A stretch of 64,000 nucleotides of DNA from an uncultured Spirochaetales bacterium (lineage in GTDB: Bacteria > Myxococcota_A > UBA9160 > UBA6930): NCBI GenBank assembly GCA_964501435.1, contig CAZCTH010000008.1:2978-66977 (forward strand), read 5' to 3'. Position 1 is the first letter of the stretch, and every line of letters begins with the position of its first letter. A model generated the notes under the pieces. The model saw only the letters and a program-made list of their open reading frames with translations, was not told where the DNA came from and ran no database searches. Shown here piece by piece: positions 18,480 to 27,950 of this stretch. The translations under genes were made by a program, and so were the position numbers.

Positions 18480-19448
18480 TCACGGCACGAGCACGATCTT
18501 CCCGACCGCGCGTCTCCCCAACAACTCCGCCAGCACCGCGCCCGCCTCGTCGAGCCTGCGCTCGAACGGCGCCACCGGCTTCAGCTCGCCGCCCGCGATG
18601 GCGGCGACGATCTCGCCGATCATCGCGCGGTTGCGCTCCTGGTTTCGCGGGACCCAGCCGCCCCACTCGACGCCTACCAGCGTGCGGTTGTTGAGCAGCA
18701 CGAGGTTCATCGGGATCTTCGCGATGCCCGCCGTGAAGCCGATCACGCAGTAGCGCCCGTCGAAGCCGAGCGCGCGCAGCGCCTGCTCGGCCACCGGCCC
18801 GCCCGTGACGTCGTACACGACGTCGAGGCCCTTGCCGCCCGTGAGCTCGCGCGCGCGCGTCTTCACGTCCTCGGCGGGGTCGAGGGCCGCGAACGCGCCC
18901 GCGGCGAGCGCGAGCTCGCGCTTCTCCTCGCTCGAGGCGACGGCGATCACGCGCGCGCCGAGCGAACGTGCGACGTCGATGGCCGCGAGTCCCACGCCGC
19001 CGCCGGCTCCCGTGACGAGCACCGTCTCGCCGGCCTCCACGCGCGTGCGGATCTTCAGCGCGAACCAGGCCGTGCCGTAGACCTGCAGGAAGCTCGCGCC
19101 GCGCGCGAAGTCGATCGCGTCCGGCAGCCGCGTGAGCTGGCGCGGCTTCGCGACCAGCACGTCGGCGAAGGCGCCGACGCCGGTCGAGGCGAACACGCGG
19201 TCGCCCGGCGCGAAGTCGCTCACGCCTGCGCCGACGGCGTCTACGACGCCCGCACATTCGCCGCCGGGCGTATACGGCGGCTTCAGCGGGAACTGGTACT
19301 TGCCCGCCGCCGTGAGCGCGTCGACGAAGCTCGCGCCCGCGGCCTTCACCGCGACGCGCACTTCGCCGGGCGCGGGTGCGGGCGTGGGCAGATCCTCGAG
19401 CGCAAGGGCTTCGACCGATCCGAGTTGGTGGCAACGCACGGCTCTCAT
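18480..19448 (-). CDS. NADPH:quinone oxidoreductase / zinc-type alcohol dehydrogenase-like (MDR) protein
   Basis: The 322-aa ORF begins MRAVRCHQLGSVEALALEDLPTP..GEVRV. It also has GGECAGVV and the Rossmann motif VLVTGAGGGVGLAAI. Confidence 0.9.
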   Translation of the reverse strand: MRAVRCHQLGSVEALALEDLPTPAPAPGEVRVAVKAAGASFVDALTAAGKYQFPLKPPYTPGGECAGVVDAVGAGVSDFAPGDRVFASTGVGAFADVLVAKPRQLTRLPDAIDFARGASFLQVYGTAWFALKIRTRVEAGETVLVTGAGGGVGLAAIDVARSLGARVIAVASSEEKRELALAAGAFAALDPAEDVKTRARELTGGKGLDVVYDVTGGPVAEQALRALGFDGRYCVIGFTAGIAKIPMNLVLLNNRTLVGVEWGGWVPRNQERNRAMIGEIVAAIAGGELKPVAPFERRLDEAGAVLAELLGRRAVGKIVLVP

Positions 19449-19490
19449 GGCGCGGCACGGTAGGCCAACCGGATGCGACGCGCGTCGCGC

Positions 19491-21641
19491 TCAGAGCGGC
19501 GGGATCGCCTCGCTGCCGAGCACGGCCCGCGCCGCGCCGCGCACGGCGCCCTCGATGTAGCCGACCCCCGTGCAGTCGCCGGCCTCGCGCACCGTGAAGC
19601 CCGCGGCGCGCAGCGCGTCCGCGAGGCGCGCGTCGCCGCGCGCGCCCTTCGCCACGATCACGTGGTCCGCCGCCACGCGCTGCGGCGAGCCGTCCGGCGC
19701 CGTGAAGAGCACCGCCTCGGGGGTGATGCGCAGGTCCTTCGCGCCCGCGTGAAGGCCGACGCCGTGCTCGCGCAGCTCGGTGAGCAGGCGCATGCGCAGC
19801 ACCACCGTGAGCCCGCGGCCGAGCTTCGTGCCCTCTTCGATCACGTGCACCGCGCGCCCGCGCTCGGCGAGGAACTCCGCCAGCTCGAGGCCGACGAGCT
19901 CGCCGCCGACGATCGCGACGCGCTCGCCGAGCGGCATCCACTGGCGCGTCGCCTTGCGCACGAAGTCGAGGTTCGCCGTCGCGCCCGTCGCCGCGCCGAG
20001 CTTCGTCGCGAGCCGCGTCGCGAGGCCGGTCTTGCGCTTCAGCGCCTCGGAGCTCTTGCCGAGCATCAGCTCGCGCATCTCGTCGCCGCTGAACACGTGA
20101 TCGAGCTCCGCGCCGGGGATGGGCGGGAGGTCGCGCACCGCGCCGGTCGCGACGATCACCTCGTCGGGCGCGAGCGCGCGCAACAGCTCCGGCGTCGCCT
20201 CGGTCTCGAGCCGCACCTCGACCCGCGACTGCGCGAGCTGGCGTTCGAGCCACTGGAGCAATCGCTCGTTCGCTTCGTAGGTGAGCGACGCGATGCGCAG
20301 CGTGCCGCCGAGCCGTTCGCCCCGCTCGAGCAGCACGACGCGGTTGCCGGCGGCGTCGAGGCGCCGCGCGGCCTCCATGCCGGCGGGGCCGCCGCCGATC
20401 ACGACGAAGCGCTTGCCGCTCGGCGCCTTGGCGGCCGCCTGGAGGTGCTCGACGCCGAGCGTCGGATTGACGGCGCAGCGCGTCGGCACGCGCACGTAGA
20501 TGTTGCTGACGCACGTGTAGCAGTAGACGCACGGCCGCACGTCGTCGGGCTTGCCCTCGGCGAGCTTGCGCGGCAGATGGGGATCGGCGAGCAGCTTGCG
20601 CCCCATCGCGAGGAAGTCGAAGCCGCCGCTCGCGATGCGCGCGTCCGCGCGCTCCGGCTCGACGCGGCCGGAGGCGATCACGGGGATCTTCACCTGCGCC
20701 TTGATCGCCGCCGCGTTCGGGAGGTTGAGCTCCGGCGCGTGGGGAATGTTCGAGCCGGAGTGGAGCTTGGCGTCGCCGGTGTCGTGGTAGGACGTGACGG
20801 TGATCGCGTCGGCGCCGGCCTGCTCGAGCCAGCGCGCCACCGTCTTCGCGTCCTCGAGGGTGGTGCCGACGGCCTTGCCGTGCTCCACCGAATCGAGCTT
20901 CATCCACAGCGCGAAGTCGGGGCCGACCGCGGCGCGCGCGGCGCGCAGCACCTCGAGCATGAAGCGCGCGCGATTCTCGAGCGAGCCGCCATAGGCGTCG
21001 CTGCGGCGGTTCGACGAGGGCGAGAGGAACGACGAGATCAGGTAGCCGTGGCCGCCGTGGATCTCGCAGCCGTCGAAGCCCGCCGCCTTCGCGCGGCGCG
21101 CGGCGGCGGCGTACTCGCCGACCACCCGCGCGATGTCTGCGGGCGCGAGCACCTCGATGCGCGGCATGCCGCCGCCGCCGAAGGCCGCGAGCTCTTCGGG
21201 CAGGAAGAACTCGACGAAGCCGCCCTCGGCCTTCGCGGGGGGTGAAGGCGCGAGCAGCGGATGGCCCGCGACCGCGGAGTACATCGCGACGAGCCCGCCG
21301 TGGTGCAGTTGCGCCGCGATCTTCGCGCCGTGCGCGTGCACCGCGGCGGCGACGCGCTTCAGGCCGGGCAGGAAGCGATCGTCGGAGATCGCGAGCTGCC
21401 CGGGGATCACGCCTCCGACGGGCCAGGCGACGCCGGAAACGCCCGTGAGCACGAGGCCGGCGCCGCCGCGCGCCTGCTCCTCGTGATACGCGACGATGCG
21501 ATCGCCGGCGGTGCCGTCGGCCTCGGCGAGGCTCACGCCCATCGAGGTCAGGATGATGCGGTTGCGCAGCGTCATCGCGCCGATGCGGCCGGGCGAGAGC
21601 AGATGCGAGAACGCCGAGGGGGGCTGCGCTTCGTTCGCCAT
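19491..21641 (-). CDS. NADH:flavin oxidoreductase (Old Yellow Enzyme domain) fused to an FAD/NAD(P)-binding domain, 2,4-dienoyl-CoA reductase-like
   Basis: The ORF is 716 aa. The N-terminal OYE TIM barrel shows LRNRIILTSMG, HEEQARGGAGLV and HGGHGYL. The Fe-S Cys cluster is RPCVYCYTCVSNIYVRVPTRC, followed by FVVIGGGPAGMEAA. Confidence 0.9.
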   Translation of the reverse strand: MANEAQPPSAFSHLLSPGRIGAMTLRNRIILTSMGVSLAEADGTAGDRIVAYHEEQARGGAGLVLTGVSGVAWPVGGVIPGQLAISDDRFLPGLKRVAAAVHAHGAKIAAQLHHGGLVAMYSAVAGHPLLAPSPPAKAEGGFVEFFLPEELAAFGGGGMPRIEVLAPADIARVVGEYAAAARRAKAAGFDGCEIHGGHGYLISSFLSPSSNRRSDAYGGSLENRARFMLEVLRAARAAVGPDFALWMKLDSVEHGKAVGTTLEDAKTVARWLEQAGADAITVTSYHDTGDAKLHSGSNIPHAPELNLPNAAAIKAQVKIPVIASGRVEPERADARIASGGFDFLAMGRKLLADPHLPRKLAEGKPDDVRPCVYCYTCVSNIYVRVPTRCAVNPTLGVEHLQAAAKAPSGKRFVVIGGGPAGMEAARRLDAAGNRVVLLERGERLGGTLRIASLTYEANERLLQWLERQLAQSRVEVRLETEATPELLRALAPDEVIVATGAVRDLPPIPGAELDHVFSGDEMRELMLGKSSEALKRKTGLATRLATKLGAATGATANLDFVRKATRQWMPLGERVAIVGGELVGLELAEFLAERGRAVHVIEEGTKLGRGLTVVLRMRLLTELREHGVGLHAGAKDLRITPEAVLFTAPDGSPQRVAADHVIVAKGARGDARLADALRAAGFTVREAGDCTGVGYIEGAVRGAARAVLGSEAIPPL

Positions 21642-21826
21642 GGGGCCTCCGGGTGGGATCGGCTGCGCCGCGCGGGCTGCGCACGACGCATTCGTACCGC
21701 AGAGCGGGGCCCGGTGAGAAGGAGCGCGTGCGCGCGGGAGCGTTCCGCCTGCGTTGGCACGCCGCGTCCGCGCGCGGAATCATCGCGCGACCCACCCGCG
21801 CGCTCGCCGCGCCCCGAGGAGCCTCG

Positions 21827-22717
21827 ATGAAGATCGGCTGCGTGTTCCCGACCTGCGAAATCGGCACCGACCCCGTCGCGATCCGCGACTTCGCCCAGGC
21901 GGCCGAGTCGCTCGGCTACGCGCACCTGATCACCTACGACCACGTGCTCGGCGCGGTGCACGCGGGCCGCGAGCCGAAGCTCTCGGGGCCTTACGACGAG
22001 CACAACGCGTTCCACGAGCCGCTCGTGCTGTTCGGCTACCTCGCGGCGCTGACGAAGAAGATCGAGCTCGTCACCGGCGTCGTGATCCTGCCCCAGCGCC
22101 AGACCGCGCTGGTCGCGAAGCAGTGCGCCGAGCTCGCGATCTTGTCCGGCAATCGTCTGAAGCTCGGCGTCGGCACCGGCTGGAACTACGTCGAGTACGA
22201 GGCGCTGAACGAATCCTTCGCCACGCGCGGCAAGCGCTTCGACGAGCAGGTCGAGTTGTTGCGGAAGCTGTGGTCGACCCCCGTGCTCGACTACGAGGGC
22301 CGCTATCACCGCGTCGACCGCGCGGGCATCCTGCCGCTACCCACGAAGCCGATCCCGATCTGGTTCGGCGGCTTCTCCGGCCCCGCGATCCAGCGCGCCG
22401 CGAAGACTGGCGACGGCTTCCTGTTCGGCGCGTCGAACGCGGTGATGCTGAATTTCTGCGGCCAGCTGCGCGAGGCGCTCGCGAAGACCGGCCGCGCGGC
22501 CGGCTTCGAGATCGACGCGATCACCGGCTTCGGCGACGGCCCCGACGGCTGGCGCAAGGCGGCCGAGGCGTGGAAGGCCGCGGGCGCGACGCACTTCTCG
22601 ATGCGCGCGATGAGCACGGGGGCGTCGCTGATCGGCGACAAGGACCCGGGGTTCAAGACGCCGCAACAGCACATCGACGCGCTCGCGAAGTTCATCGAGG
22701 TGGTGCGGGACGTGTAA
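21827..22717 (+). CDS. LLM-class (luciferase-like) flavin/F420-dependent oxidoreductase
   Basis: ATG 21827 lies in the frame of ORF 21653..22717. The protein reads MKIGCVFPTCEIGTDPVAIRDFAQAAESLGYAHLITYDHVLG...LVTGVVILPQRQTALVAKQ... Confidence 0.85.
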   Translation: MKIGCVFPTCEIGTDPVAIRDFAQAAESLGYAHLITYDHVLGAVHAGREPKLSGPYDEHNAFHEPLVLFGYLAALTKKIELVTGVVILPQRQTALVAKQCAELAILSGNRLKLGVGTGWNYVEYEALNESFATRGKRFDEQVELLRKLWSTPVLDYEGRYHRVDRAGILPLPTKPIPIWFGGFSGPAIQRAAKTGDGFLFGASNAVMLNFCGQLREALAKTGRAAGFEIDAITGFGDGPDGWRKAAEAWKAAGATHFSMRAMSTGASLIGDKDPGFKTPQQHIDALAKFIEVVRDV

Positions 22718-22764
22718 GAAAGATTTCGCGCCGTCGAGGACTCGGCGCGCTCGGAGCATCGAGG

Positions 22765-22965
22765 CGGCGCAGGGGCGGGCGGGCCGGGGGGCGGGACTCC
22801 GGGGCCTTGGCCGAGTGGCGTGCGGGGTTGGGTGGAGGCGACGCGCGGCGTTCGGGCGTGCTTGCGCGCTCGCGGCCGCGGTTGCGTGGCATCGGAGCGT
22901 GCGGCGGTGTGGGCGAGATCCGGCCCCTCCGCTGCCGCCTCCCCGGCCCGCCCGCCCCTGCGCCG
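22765..22965. repeat. long inverted repeat: perfect 25-bp arms separated by 151 bp (hairpin-forming or MITE-like element)
   Basis: The left arm CGGCGCAGGGGCGGGCGGGCCGGGG (22765-22789) is the exact reverse complement of the right arm 22941-22965. Imperfect complementarity (GGCGG, GGGGCC blocks) extends inward from both arms. Confidence 0.9.
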
Positions 22966-23004
22966 GCGGGGTGTCGTGGAACCCGTTTGCGGCGGTCTGT
23001 GGTG

Positions 23005-23028
23005 GAGAGAGAGAGAGAGAGAGAGAGA
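23005..23028. repeat. (GA)12 dinucleotide microsatellite
   Basis: There are 12 uninterrupted GA units, in intergenic DNA about 140 bp upstream of the CDS starting at 23169. Confidence 0.95.
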
Positions 23029-23030
23029 GG

Positions 23031-23065
23031 CGAAGCGCGAGCGCCTTCGAGGCGCTCGCGCTTCG
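23031..23065. repeat. perfect 15-bp-arm palindrome or stem-loop
   Basis: The sequence is CGAAGCGCGAGCGCC-TTCGA-GGCGCTCGCGCTTCG and it directly follows the (GA)12 tract. Confidence 0.9.
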
Positions 23066-23110
23066 TTGGCACGGGGGTGTGCGGGGCGCGGTAGCGTCGC
23101 GGTTTAGGGG

Positions 23111-23157
23111 CTCGTCGGAGTCTCGTTGGCCTCGTTGGTCTCGTGCATCTCGTCGGA
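23111..23157. repeat. periodic CTCGT-N4 repeats (5 copies) directly upstream of a start codon
   Basis: The copies are CTCGTCGGA(gt)CTCGTTGGC CTCGTTGGT CTCGTGCAT CTCGTCGGA. They end 11 nt before ATG 23169 and run into the GGAGGA ribosome-binding motif. Confidence 0.8.
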
Positions 23158-23168
23158 GGATCGGAGCC

Positions 23169-24179
23169 ATGGCGGACAATGCGCAGATCTTGTTGATGGA
23201 GCGGCCGCGGGGTGCGCTCGCGGAGTCGCACTTTGCGTCGCGCAGTGCGCCGGTGCCGACGCCGGGCGACGGGCAGGTGCTGGTGCGGACGGTGCTGCTG
23301 TCGCTCGACGCGGCGAATCGCGCGTGGATGCAGGGGGCGACCTATCGCGCGGCGCTGAACGCGGGCGAGCTGATGAGCGGCTACGGCGTCGGCGAGGTGG
23401 TCGAGTCGCGCTCGCCGCGATTCGCGCGCGGCGACGTCGTGCTCGGCGAGCTCGGCTGGCAGGAGTGGTGTGCCGCGGATGCGAAGGGCTTCGTGCGCGC
23501 GAGTGCGCATCGCCCGCTCTCGCACCAGCTCTCGGTGCTCGGCGTGACGGGCAAGACGGCCTATCACGGGCTGCTCCACGTGCCGGGCATCGCGGCCGGC
23601 GAGACGTTGCTCGTCTCCGCCGCGGGCGGCGCGGTGGGCTCGATCGTCGGGCAGATCGGCAAGATCAAGGGCGCGAGGGTGGTGGGCGTCGCCGGCGGAG
23701 CCGAGAAGTGCGCGTGGGTCGTGCGCGAGCTCGGCTTCGACGCCTGCATCGACTACAAGGGCGGCGACCTCGCCGCGGCGCTGAAGCGCGCAGCGCCCGA
23801 AGGCGTGGACGTGTACTTCGACAACACCGGCGGGCCGATCCTTCAGGCCGCGCTGTTCGCGATGAAGATGCGCGGGCGCATCTCGTGCTGCGGAGCGGTC
23901 TCGCAGTACGACGTCGCGGCGCCGAAGAGCCCGGCCGGCGTACCGGGCCTGCTCGTGGTGAAGCGCCTGCGCATGGAGGGCTTCATCGTGATGGACTTCG
24001 CCGACAAGGACGCCGAGGCCGAGCGCGACCTCTCGGCCTGGGCGAAGAGCGGGCGCCTCAAGGTGATCGAAGACGTGATCGACGGCCTCGAGAACGCGCC
24101 GCGCGGCCTGATCGGACTCCTCGCGGGAGAGAATCGCGGCAAGCGCATGATCCGCGTCGCCGCCGACCCAGCGGCCTGA
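23169..24179 (+). CDS. NADP-dependent oxidoreductase (MDR family, alkenal/prostaglandin reductase-like)
   Basis: ATG 23169 lies in the frame of ORF 22815..24179. The protein begins MADNAQILLMERPRGALAESHF and has the Rossmann motif LLVSAAGGAVGSIVGQIGK and a C-terminal GENRGKRMIRV. Confidence 0.9.
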   Translation: MADNAQILLMERPRGALAESHFASRSAPVPTPGDGQVLVRTVLLSLDAANRAWMQGATYRAALNAGELMSGYGVGEVVESRSPRFARGDVVLGELGWQEWCAADAKGFVRASAHRPLSHQLSVLGVTGKTAYHGLLHVPGIAAGETLLVSAAGGAVGSIVGQIGKIKGARVVGVAGGAEKCAWVVRELGFDACIDYKGGDLAAALKRAAPEGVDVYFDNTGGPILQAALFAMKMRGRISCCGAVSQYDVAAPKSPAGVPGLLVVKRLRMEGFIVMDFADKDAEAERDLSAWAKSGRLKVIEDVIDGLENAPRGLIGLLAGENRGKRMIRVAADPAA

Positions 24180-24215
24180 CGGCGCGCGCCGGGCGGCGAC
24201 GGACCGCGCGCTCGG

Positions 24216-25634
24216 TCAGCGCGTGCCGAGCACGCGCGCCGCGGCCTCCGCGACGCGGGTGCCCTCGAAGAACTTCGCGTTCGTCCCGCCGAAGAGGCGC
24301 ACCACGTTCTCGAACGCGAACTGGCGGAAGCCGGCCTCGTCCACGAGCCCGTGCTCGACGAGCTCCCACGCTTCGGGCAGGACCTCGCGGAAGTCCGGCA
24401 CGTCCCAGTGCCCGATGTCGCTGGCGAACATCGCGTTGATGCGCGCGCCGAGCGGGTTCACGCGAGCATCGAAGGCGAACGCGTTGGTGGGGTCGTCGGC
24501 CTCGCAGCCGAAGAAGTACTGGCGCGTGAACACGTCGCGCACGTCTTCGGCGCGCGCGATGCCGCTCGCCGCGAAGTCGTCGAGCGCCGCGCGGTCCTCG
24601 CTCGGGTCGGAGAGGAAGGCGAGCGCCTCGTCGAGGCGGCCGAGCCGCTCGCGGAACGCCGGCGGCGCCTCGCGCTCGATCCAGCCCACGAGCTCCGCGC
24701 GATCGAGGTTCGCGGGGTCGTAATGCGCGATCGCCGCGCGGTTGCGCTTCGCGAAGTGGCCGAGGATGTCGGCATACAGCGTGCAGCCCCAAGCGACGCC
24801 GCCCTCGAGGAACGCGAAGCGCAGCTCCGGGAAGCGCCGCGGCACGCCGCCGAAGAAGAGCGAGCGCGCGACCGCCTCGTTGCCCGCGGCGAAGTTGCCG
24901 ACGTGGTTAGCGACGTAGTTGGTGGGCGAGTTGCGCGAGCCGAAGCCGATGCCCGTCGAGTGGAAGGTGGGCGAGACGCCGAGCTCCGCGCAGCGTCGCC
25001 AGAGCGGGTCGTAGTCGTGGGCGCTGTCGAGGCCGAGCCCGTCCACCCAGCGAGCGGCGCGCACGGCCTCGTGGCCAGGCACCGGGCGCAGCACGAGCCC
25101 GCCCATCAGGAAGCCGCGCAGGCCGAGCGTGCCGGTCGCGTAGTCGAGCTCCGCGATGGCCTCCTCGGGCGTGAAGGTGGGGACGATCCCGACGGGCAGG
25201 AGGCGGTCGCGGTACTCGCCATAACACTCGGCGTAGTAGCGGTTGCAGGCGCGGGCGAGGGCGCGGCGCAGCTCGTCGTCGTCGAGCGCCATCGGCACGA
25301 GGCCGAGCGTCGGGTAGAGGATCGCGACGTCGAGGCCGATCTCGTCCATGCGGCCGTGCAGCAGCTTCGGGATCGTGGCGGTCGCGCGGTCGAGGGTGTT
25401 GCGCGCGGGCAGGCCCCACCAGCCGTGGCGCGCGAGCCCGAGCGAGCGCCGGGTGCGGACGTCGAGCGCGCGCGTCAGCGCCGAGCCGCGCGTGACCCCG
25501 TCGAAGCGCTTCGCGACGCCCTCGCCCGCGAGCTCGGCGAGGAAGTCGCGCACGAGCGGAACGAACTCGAGCAGGTGGCCGTCGGCGTCCACGACGGGAT
25601 GCGTGAGGCGGGCGCGGATCTGCGCGGTGTTCAT
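24216..25634 (-). CDS. amidohydrolase family protein (amidohydrolase_2 / ACMSD-like)
   Basis: ATG 25634 is residue 56 of ORF 24216..25799 (-). The protein reads MNTAQIRARLTHPVVDADGHLLEF...LDVAILYPT...FHSTG...FASDIGHWD. Confidence 0.8.
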   Translation of the reverse strand: MNTAQIRARLTHPVVDADGHLLEFVPLVRDFLAELAGEGVAKRFDGVTRGSALTRALDVRTRRSLGLARHGWWGLPARNTLDRATATIPKLLHGRMDEIGLDVAILYPTLGLVPMALDDDELRRALARACNRYYAECYGEYRDRLLPVGIVPTFTPEEAIAELDYATGTLGLRGFLMGGLVLRPVPGHEAVRAARWVDGLGLDSAHDYDPLWRRCAELGVSPTFHSTGIGFGSRNSPTNYVANHVGNFAAGNEAVARSLFFGGVPRRFPELRFAFLEGGVAWGCTLYADILGHFAKRNRAAIAHYDPANLDRAELVGWIEREAPPAFRERLGRLDEALAFLSDPSEDRAALDDFAASGIARAEDVRDVFTRQYFFGCEADDPTNAFAFDARVNPLGARINAMFASDIGHWDVPDFREVLPEAWELVEHGLVDEAGFRQFAFENVVRLFGGTNAKFFEGTRVAEAAARVLGTR

Positions 25635-25737
25635 GGCGGGCTCCGGGCGCGCGTTCGCGGCGCGTCGCGATGCTGCGCGAGTGCGGCGTCCGTCGCCAGA
25701 CGGCGCGCTAGCGTCGCGCGCTCTCGAGGAGGGTTCC

Positions 25738-26511
25738 ATGAGTCTCGCAGGACGCGTCGCGCTCGTGACCGGCGGCAGCCGCGGCATCGGGCGCGCCATC
25801 GCGCTCGGCCTCGCCGAGGACGGCGCCGACGTCGCGGTGAACTACCGCAAGGACGAAGCGGCCGCGCGCGAGACGGTCGCGGCGATCGAGAAGCTCGGGC
25901 GTCGCGCGCGCATGTACGCCGCCTCGGTGGACCGCTACGACGAGGACCAGCGCATGGTCGAGGCGATCGTGCGCGACTTCGGCCACGTGGACATCCTCGT
26001 CAACAACGCGGGCATCGCGAGCCGCGGCAACACGGTCGAGAAGACCGATCCCGCGGAGATGGAGCGCGTCGTCCGCACCCACGCGTTCGGCGCGCACCAT
26101 CTGTGCCAGCTCGTGCTGCCGAGCATGAAGGCGCGCCCGCGCGGCGACATCGTGATGATCTCGAGCGCTGCGACGATCAGCCACGGTGCGTCCGGCGCGC
26201 CCTACAACATGGCCAAGGCCGCGCTCGAGGCGCTCGCCTTCACGCTCGCGAAAGAGGTCCGCCACAAGAACGTGCACGTGAACGTGGTGGCGCCGGGCCT
26301 GGTGGAGACCGAGATGGGTCGGCGGCTCGCGAAGGCGGCCGCCGGCGTGCAGGACATCCACGAGCTCGATCGCACGATGCCGTTCGGGCGCGTGTGTCAG
26401 CCCGAGGACGTCGCGAACGCGGTGCGCTTCTTCGTCTCGGACAAGGCGTCCTACGTGACGGGCGAGCGCCTCTACGTGTACGGCGGCGGCCAGGAGATGC
26501 GGCGCGCCTGA
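25738..26511 (+). CDS. SDR family oxidoreductase
   Basis: ATG 25738 lies in the frame of ORF 25348..26511. Motifs: VTGGSRGIGRA, NNAG, YNMAKAA. Confidence 0.9.
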   Translation: MSLAGRVALVTGGSRGIGRAIALGLAEDGADVAVNYRKDEAAARETVAAIEKLGRRARMYAASVDRYDEDQRMVEAIVRDFGHVDILVNNAGIASRGNTVEKTDPAEMERVVRTHAFGAHHLCQLVLPSMKARPRGDIVMISSAATISHGASGAPYNMAKAALEALAFTLAKEVRHKNVHVNVVAPGLVETEMGRRLAKAAAGVQDIHELDRTMPFGRVCQPEDVANAVRFFVSDKASYVTGERLYVYGGGQEMRRA

Positions 26512-26523
26512 CGCGCGTCGCCG

Positions 26524-27771
26524 CTAGGCGGGCTCGAAGCGCACCGGCATCGACTCGATGCCGAGCACGAACGTGCCGCGCCGGCGCGGAAGCGGCCGCG
26601 CGGGCTCGGCGAGCTCCACGTGCCGCCAGGCGGCCAGCAGCTCCTCGAACAGCACCCGCAGCTCGAGGCGAGCGAGCTGCGCGCCGAGGCAGTGGTGGCG
26701 GCCGAAGCCACCGAAGGCGACGTGGTCGTTCGGGCTGCGCTCGACGTCGAAGCGGAACGGATCGGCGAAGGCGCGCGCGTCGCGGTTCGCGGACGGGTAG
26801 AGCAGCAGCAGGCGGTCGCCGCTGCGGATGCGCTGGCCGCGCAGCTCCGTGTCCCGCGTTGCGGTGCGGTTCATGTTCTGGATTGGCGTCACCCAGCGCA
26901 GCATCTCTTCCACGGCGCTCGGCACGAGGGCGGGGTTCGCGCGCAGCTTCGCGAGCTCGGCGGGGTGCTCGAGCAACGCGGCGAGTCCGCCGGAGATCAC
27001 GTGGCGCGTGGTCTCGTCGCCGCCCACGAGCACGAGCATCGTCTCGAAGATCAAGTCGTCTTCGCTGAGCCGCTCTCCGTCGACGACGGCGTTGACCGCG
27101 AGGCTCACGAGATCCTCGCCGTTCCCGCCGCGCCGTTCGGCGATCACGCGCTGGATGTAGCCTGCATACGCGATCACGGCGTCGCGCACCTGATCGGCGA
27201 TCTCCGCGTTGCCGGTCGCGAACAGGTCCGACCAATGCAGCAGCGTCGCGTGGTCCGCCTCGGGCAGGCCCATCAGCTCGCCGATCATGTACATCGGCAG
27301 CGGCGTCGCGACGTCGCGCACGAAGTCGCACGCGCCGCGCTCCGCGACGCCCGCGAGCAACTCGCGCACCTTGCGGCGCAGGAACGGCTCGTGGTCCTGA
27401 ACGCGGCGCTGCGTGAAACCCGCGGAGATGATGCGGCGCCGCAGCACGTGCTGCGGCGGATCCATGTTGATCATGCTCGGCACCGAGCTGTCCGGTCGCG
27501 AGCCCTCGCCCGAGCAGAACGTCTCCCAGTCGCGCGCGACGGTCATCAGGTCGTCGTAGCGGGCGACCCCCCAGATCCCGGTGGCGTCGTCCCAGTAGAC
27601 GGGCGCGTGTTCCCGCATCCACGCCATGCGCTCGTGCGGGTCGGCGTAGAAGTCCGGCGAGAGCAGCCGCACGTCCTCGCGCGTCGGGTGAGCCGACGCG
27701 CGCGTGCCCGGCCGCAGCGTGCGCGTGTAGCGCCCGTCGTCGGCTTGGGTCGGGGCAGAGTTCTCGGCCAT
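26524..27771 (-). CDS. cytochrome P450
   Basis: ATG 27771 is residue 64 of ORF 26524..27960 (-). The I-helix is VLVGGDETT, the ExxR motif is EEMLRW, and the heme loop is FGGFGRHHCLGAQLA. Confidence 0.9.
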   Translation of the reverse strand: MAENSAPTQADDGRYTRTLRPGTRASAHPTREDVRLLSPDFYADPHERMAWMREHAPVYWDDATGIWGVARYDDLMTVARDWETFCSGEGSRPDSSVPSMINMDPPQHVLRRRIISAGFTQRRVQDHEPFLRRKVRELLAGVAERGACDFVRDVATPLPMYMIGELMGLPEADHATLLHWSDLFATGNAEIADQVRDAVIAYAGYIQRVIAERRGGNGEDLVSLAVNAVVDGERLSEDDLIFETMLVLVGGDETTRHVISGGLAALLEHPAELAKLRANPALVPSAVEEMLRWVTPIQNMNRTATRDTELRGQRIRSGDRLLLLYPSANRDARAFADPFRFDVERSPNDHVAFGGFGRHHCLGAQLARLELRVLFEELLAAWRHVELAEPARPLPRRRGTFVLGIESMPVRFEPA

Positions 27772-27805
27772 TGCGGTCTCCTGGCGCGCGCATCGATAGC
27801 CCAGC

Positions 27806-27950
27806 CGAGCCGCGAGCGTCCGCGGCTCGCCCGAAACCCCTCGGCGGTGCGCATCCGATCGCGCAACCGCGCGATCGGCCGAGGGTTTCGCACGCGCGCG
27901 GCGGGCTCCGCGCAACGCCGAGGTCTCGCAGGCGCCTCGCAGATGCGAGG
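27806..27950. promoter_or_regulatory. hairpin/palindrome-dense divergent control region (candidate operators or 5'-UTR structures)
   Basis: There are three elements. CGAGCCGCG-N6-CGCGGCTCG lies at 27806-27829. CCGATCGCGC-AACC-GCGCGATCGG at 27855-27878 is nested in the imperfect outer repeat GAAACCCCTCGGC...GCCGAGGGTTTC (27833-27889). CCTCGCA-GA-TGCGAGG lies at 27935-27950. All sit between P450 start 27771 (-) and operon start 28007 (+). Confidence 0.4.

Noticed and set aside
22800-22880. tRNA-like fragment (GGCCGAGTGG resembles the D-arm of tRNA-Ser/Leu) in the long intergenic region.
   Set aside because: No matching acceptor stem, no anticodon arm and no GTTCRANYC T-loop can be drawn around it, so the resemblance is limited to about 10 nt.
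22765-22965. Calling the inverted-repeat element an IS element or transposon.
   Set aside because: There is no transposase ORF inside or nearby, no obvious target-site duplication, and I cannot check copy number. It is listed only as an inverted repeat or possible MITE-like structure.
22815-23168. N-terminal extension of the NADP-dependent oxidoreductase ORF (22815..24179) and other ORFs crossing the (GA)12 tract, which translate as GERERERER or LSLSLSLS.
   Set aside because: The translations are low-complexity and repeat-derived. The recognisable enzyme begins at MADNAQILL (ATG 23169) right after a GGAGGA motif.
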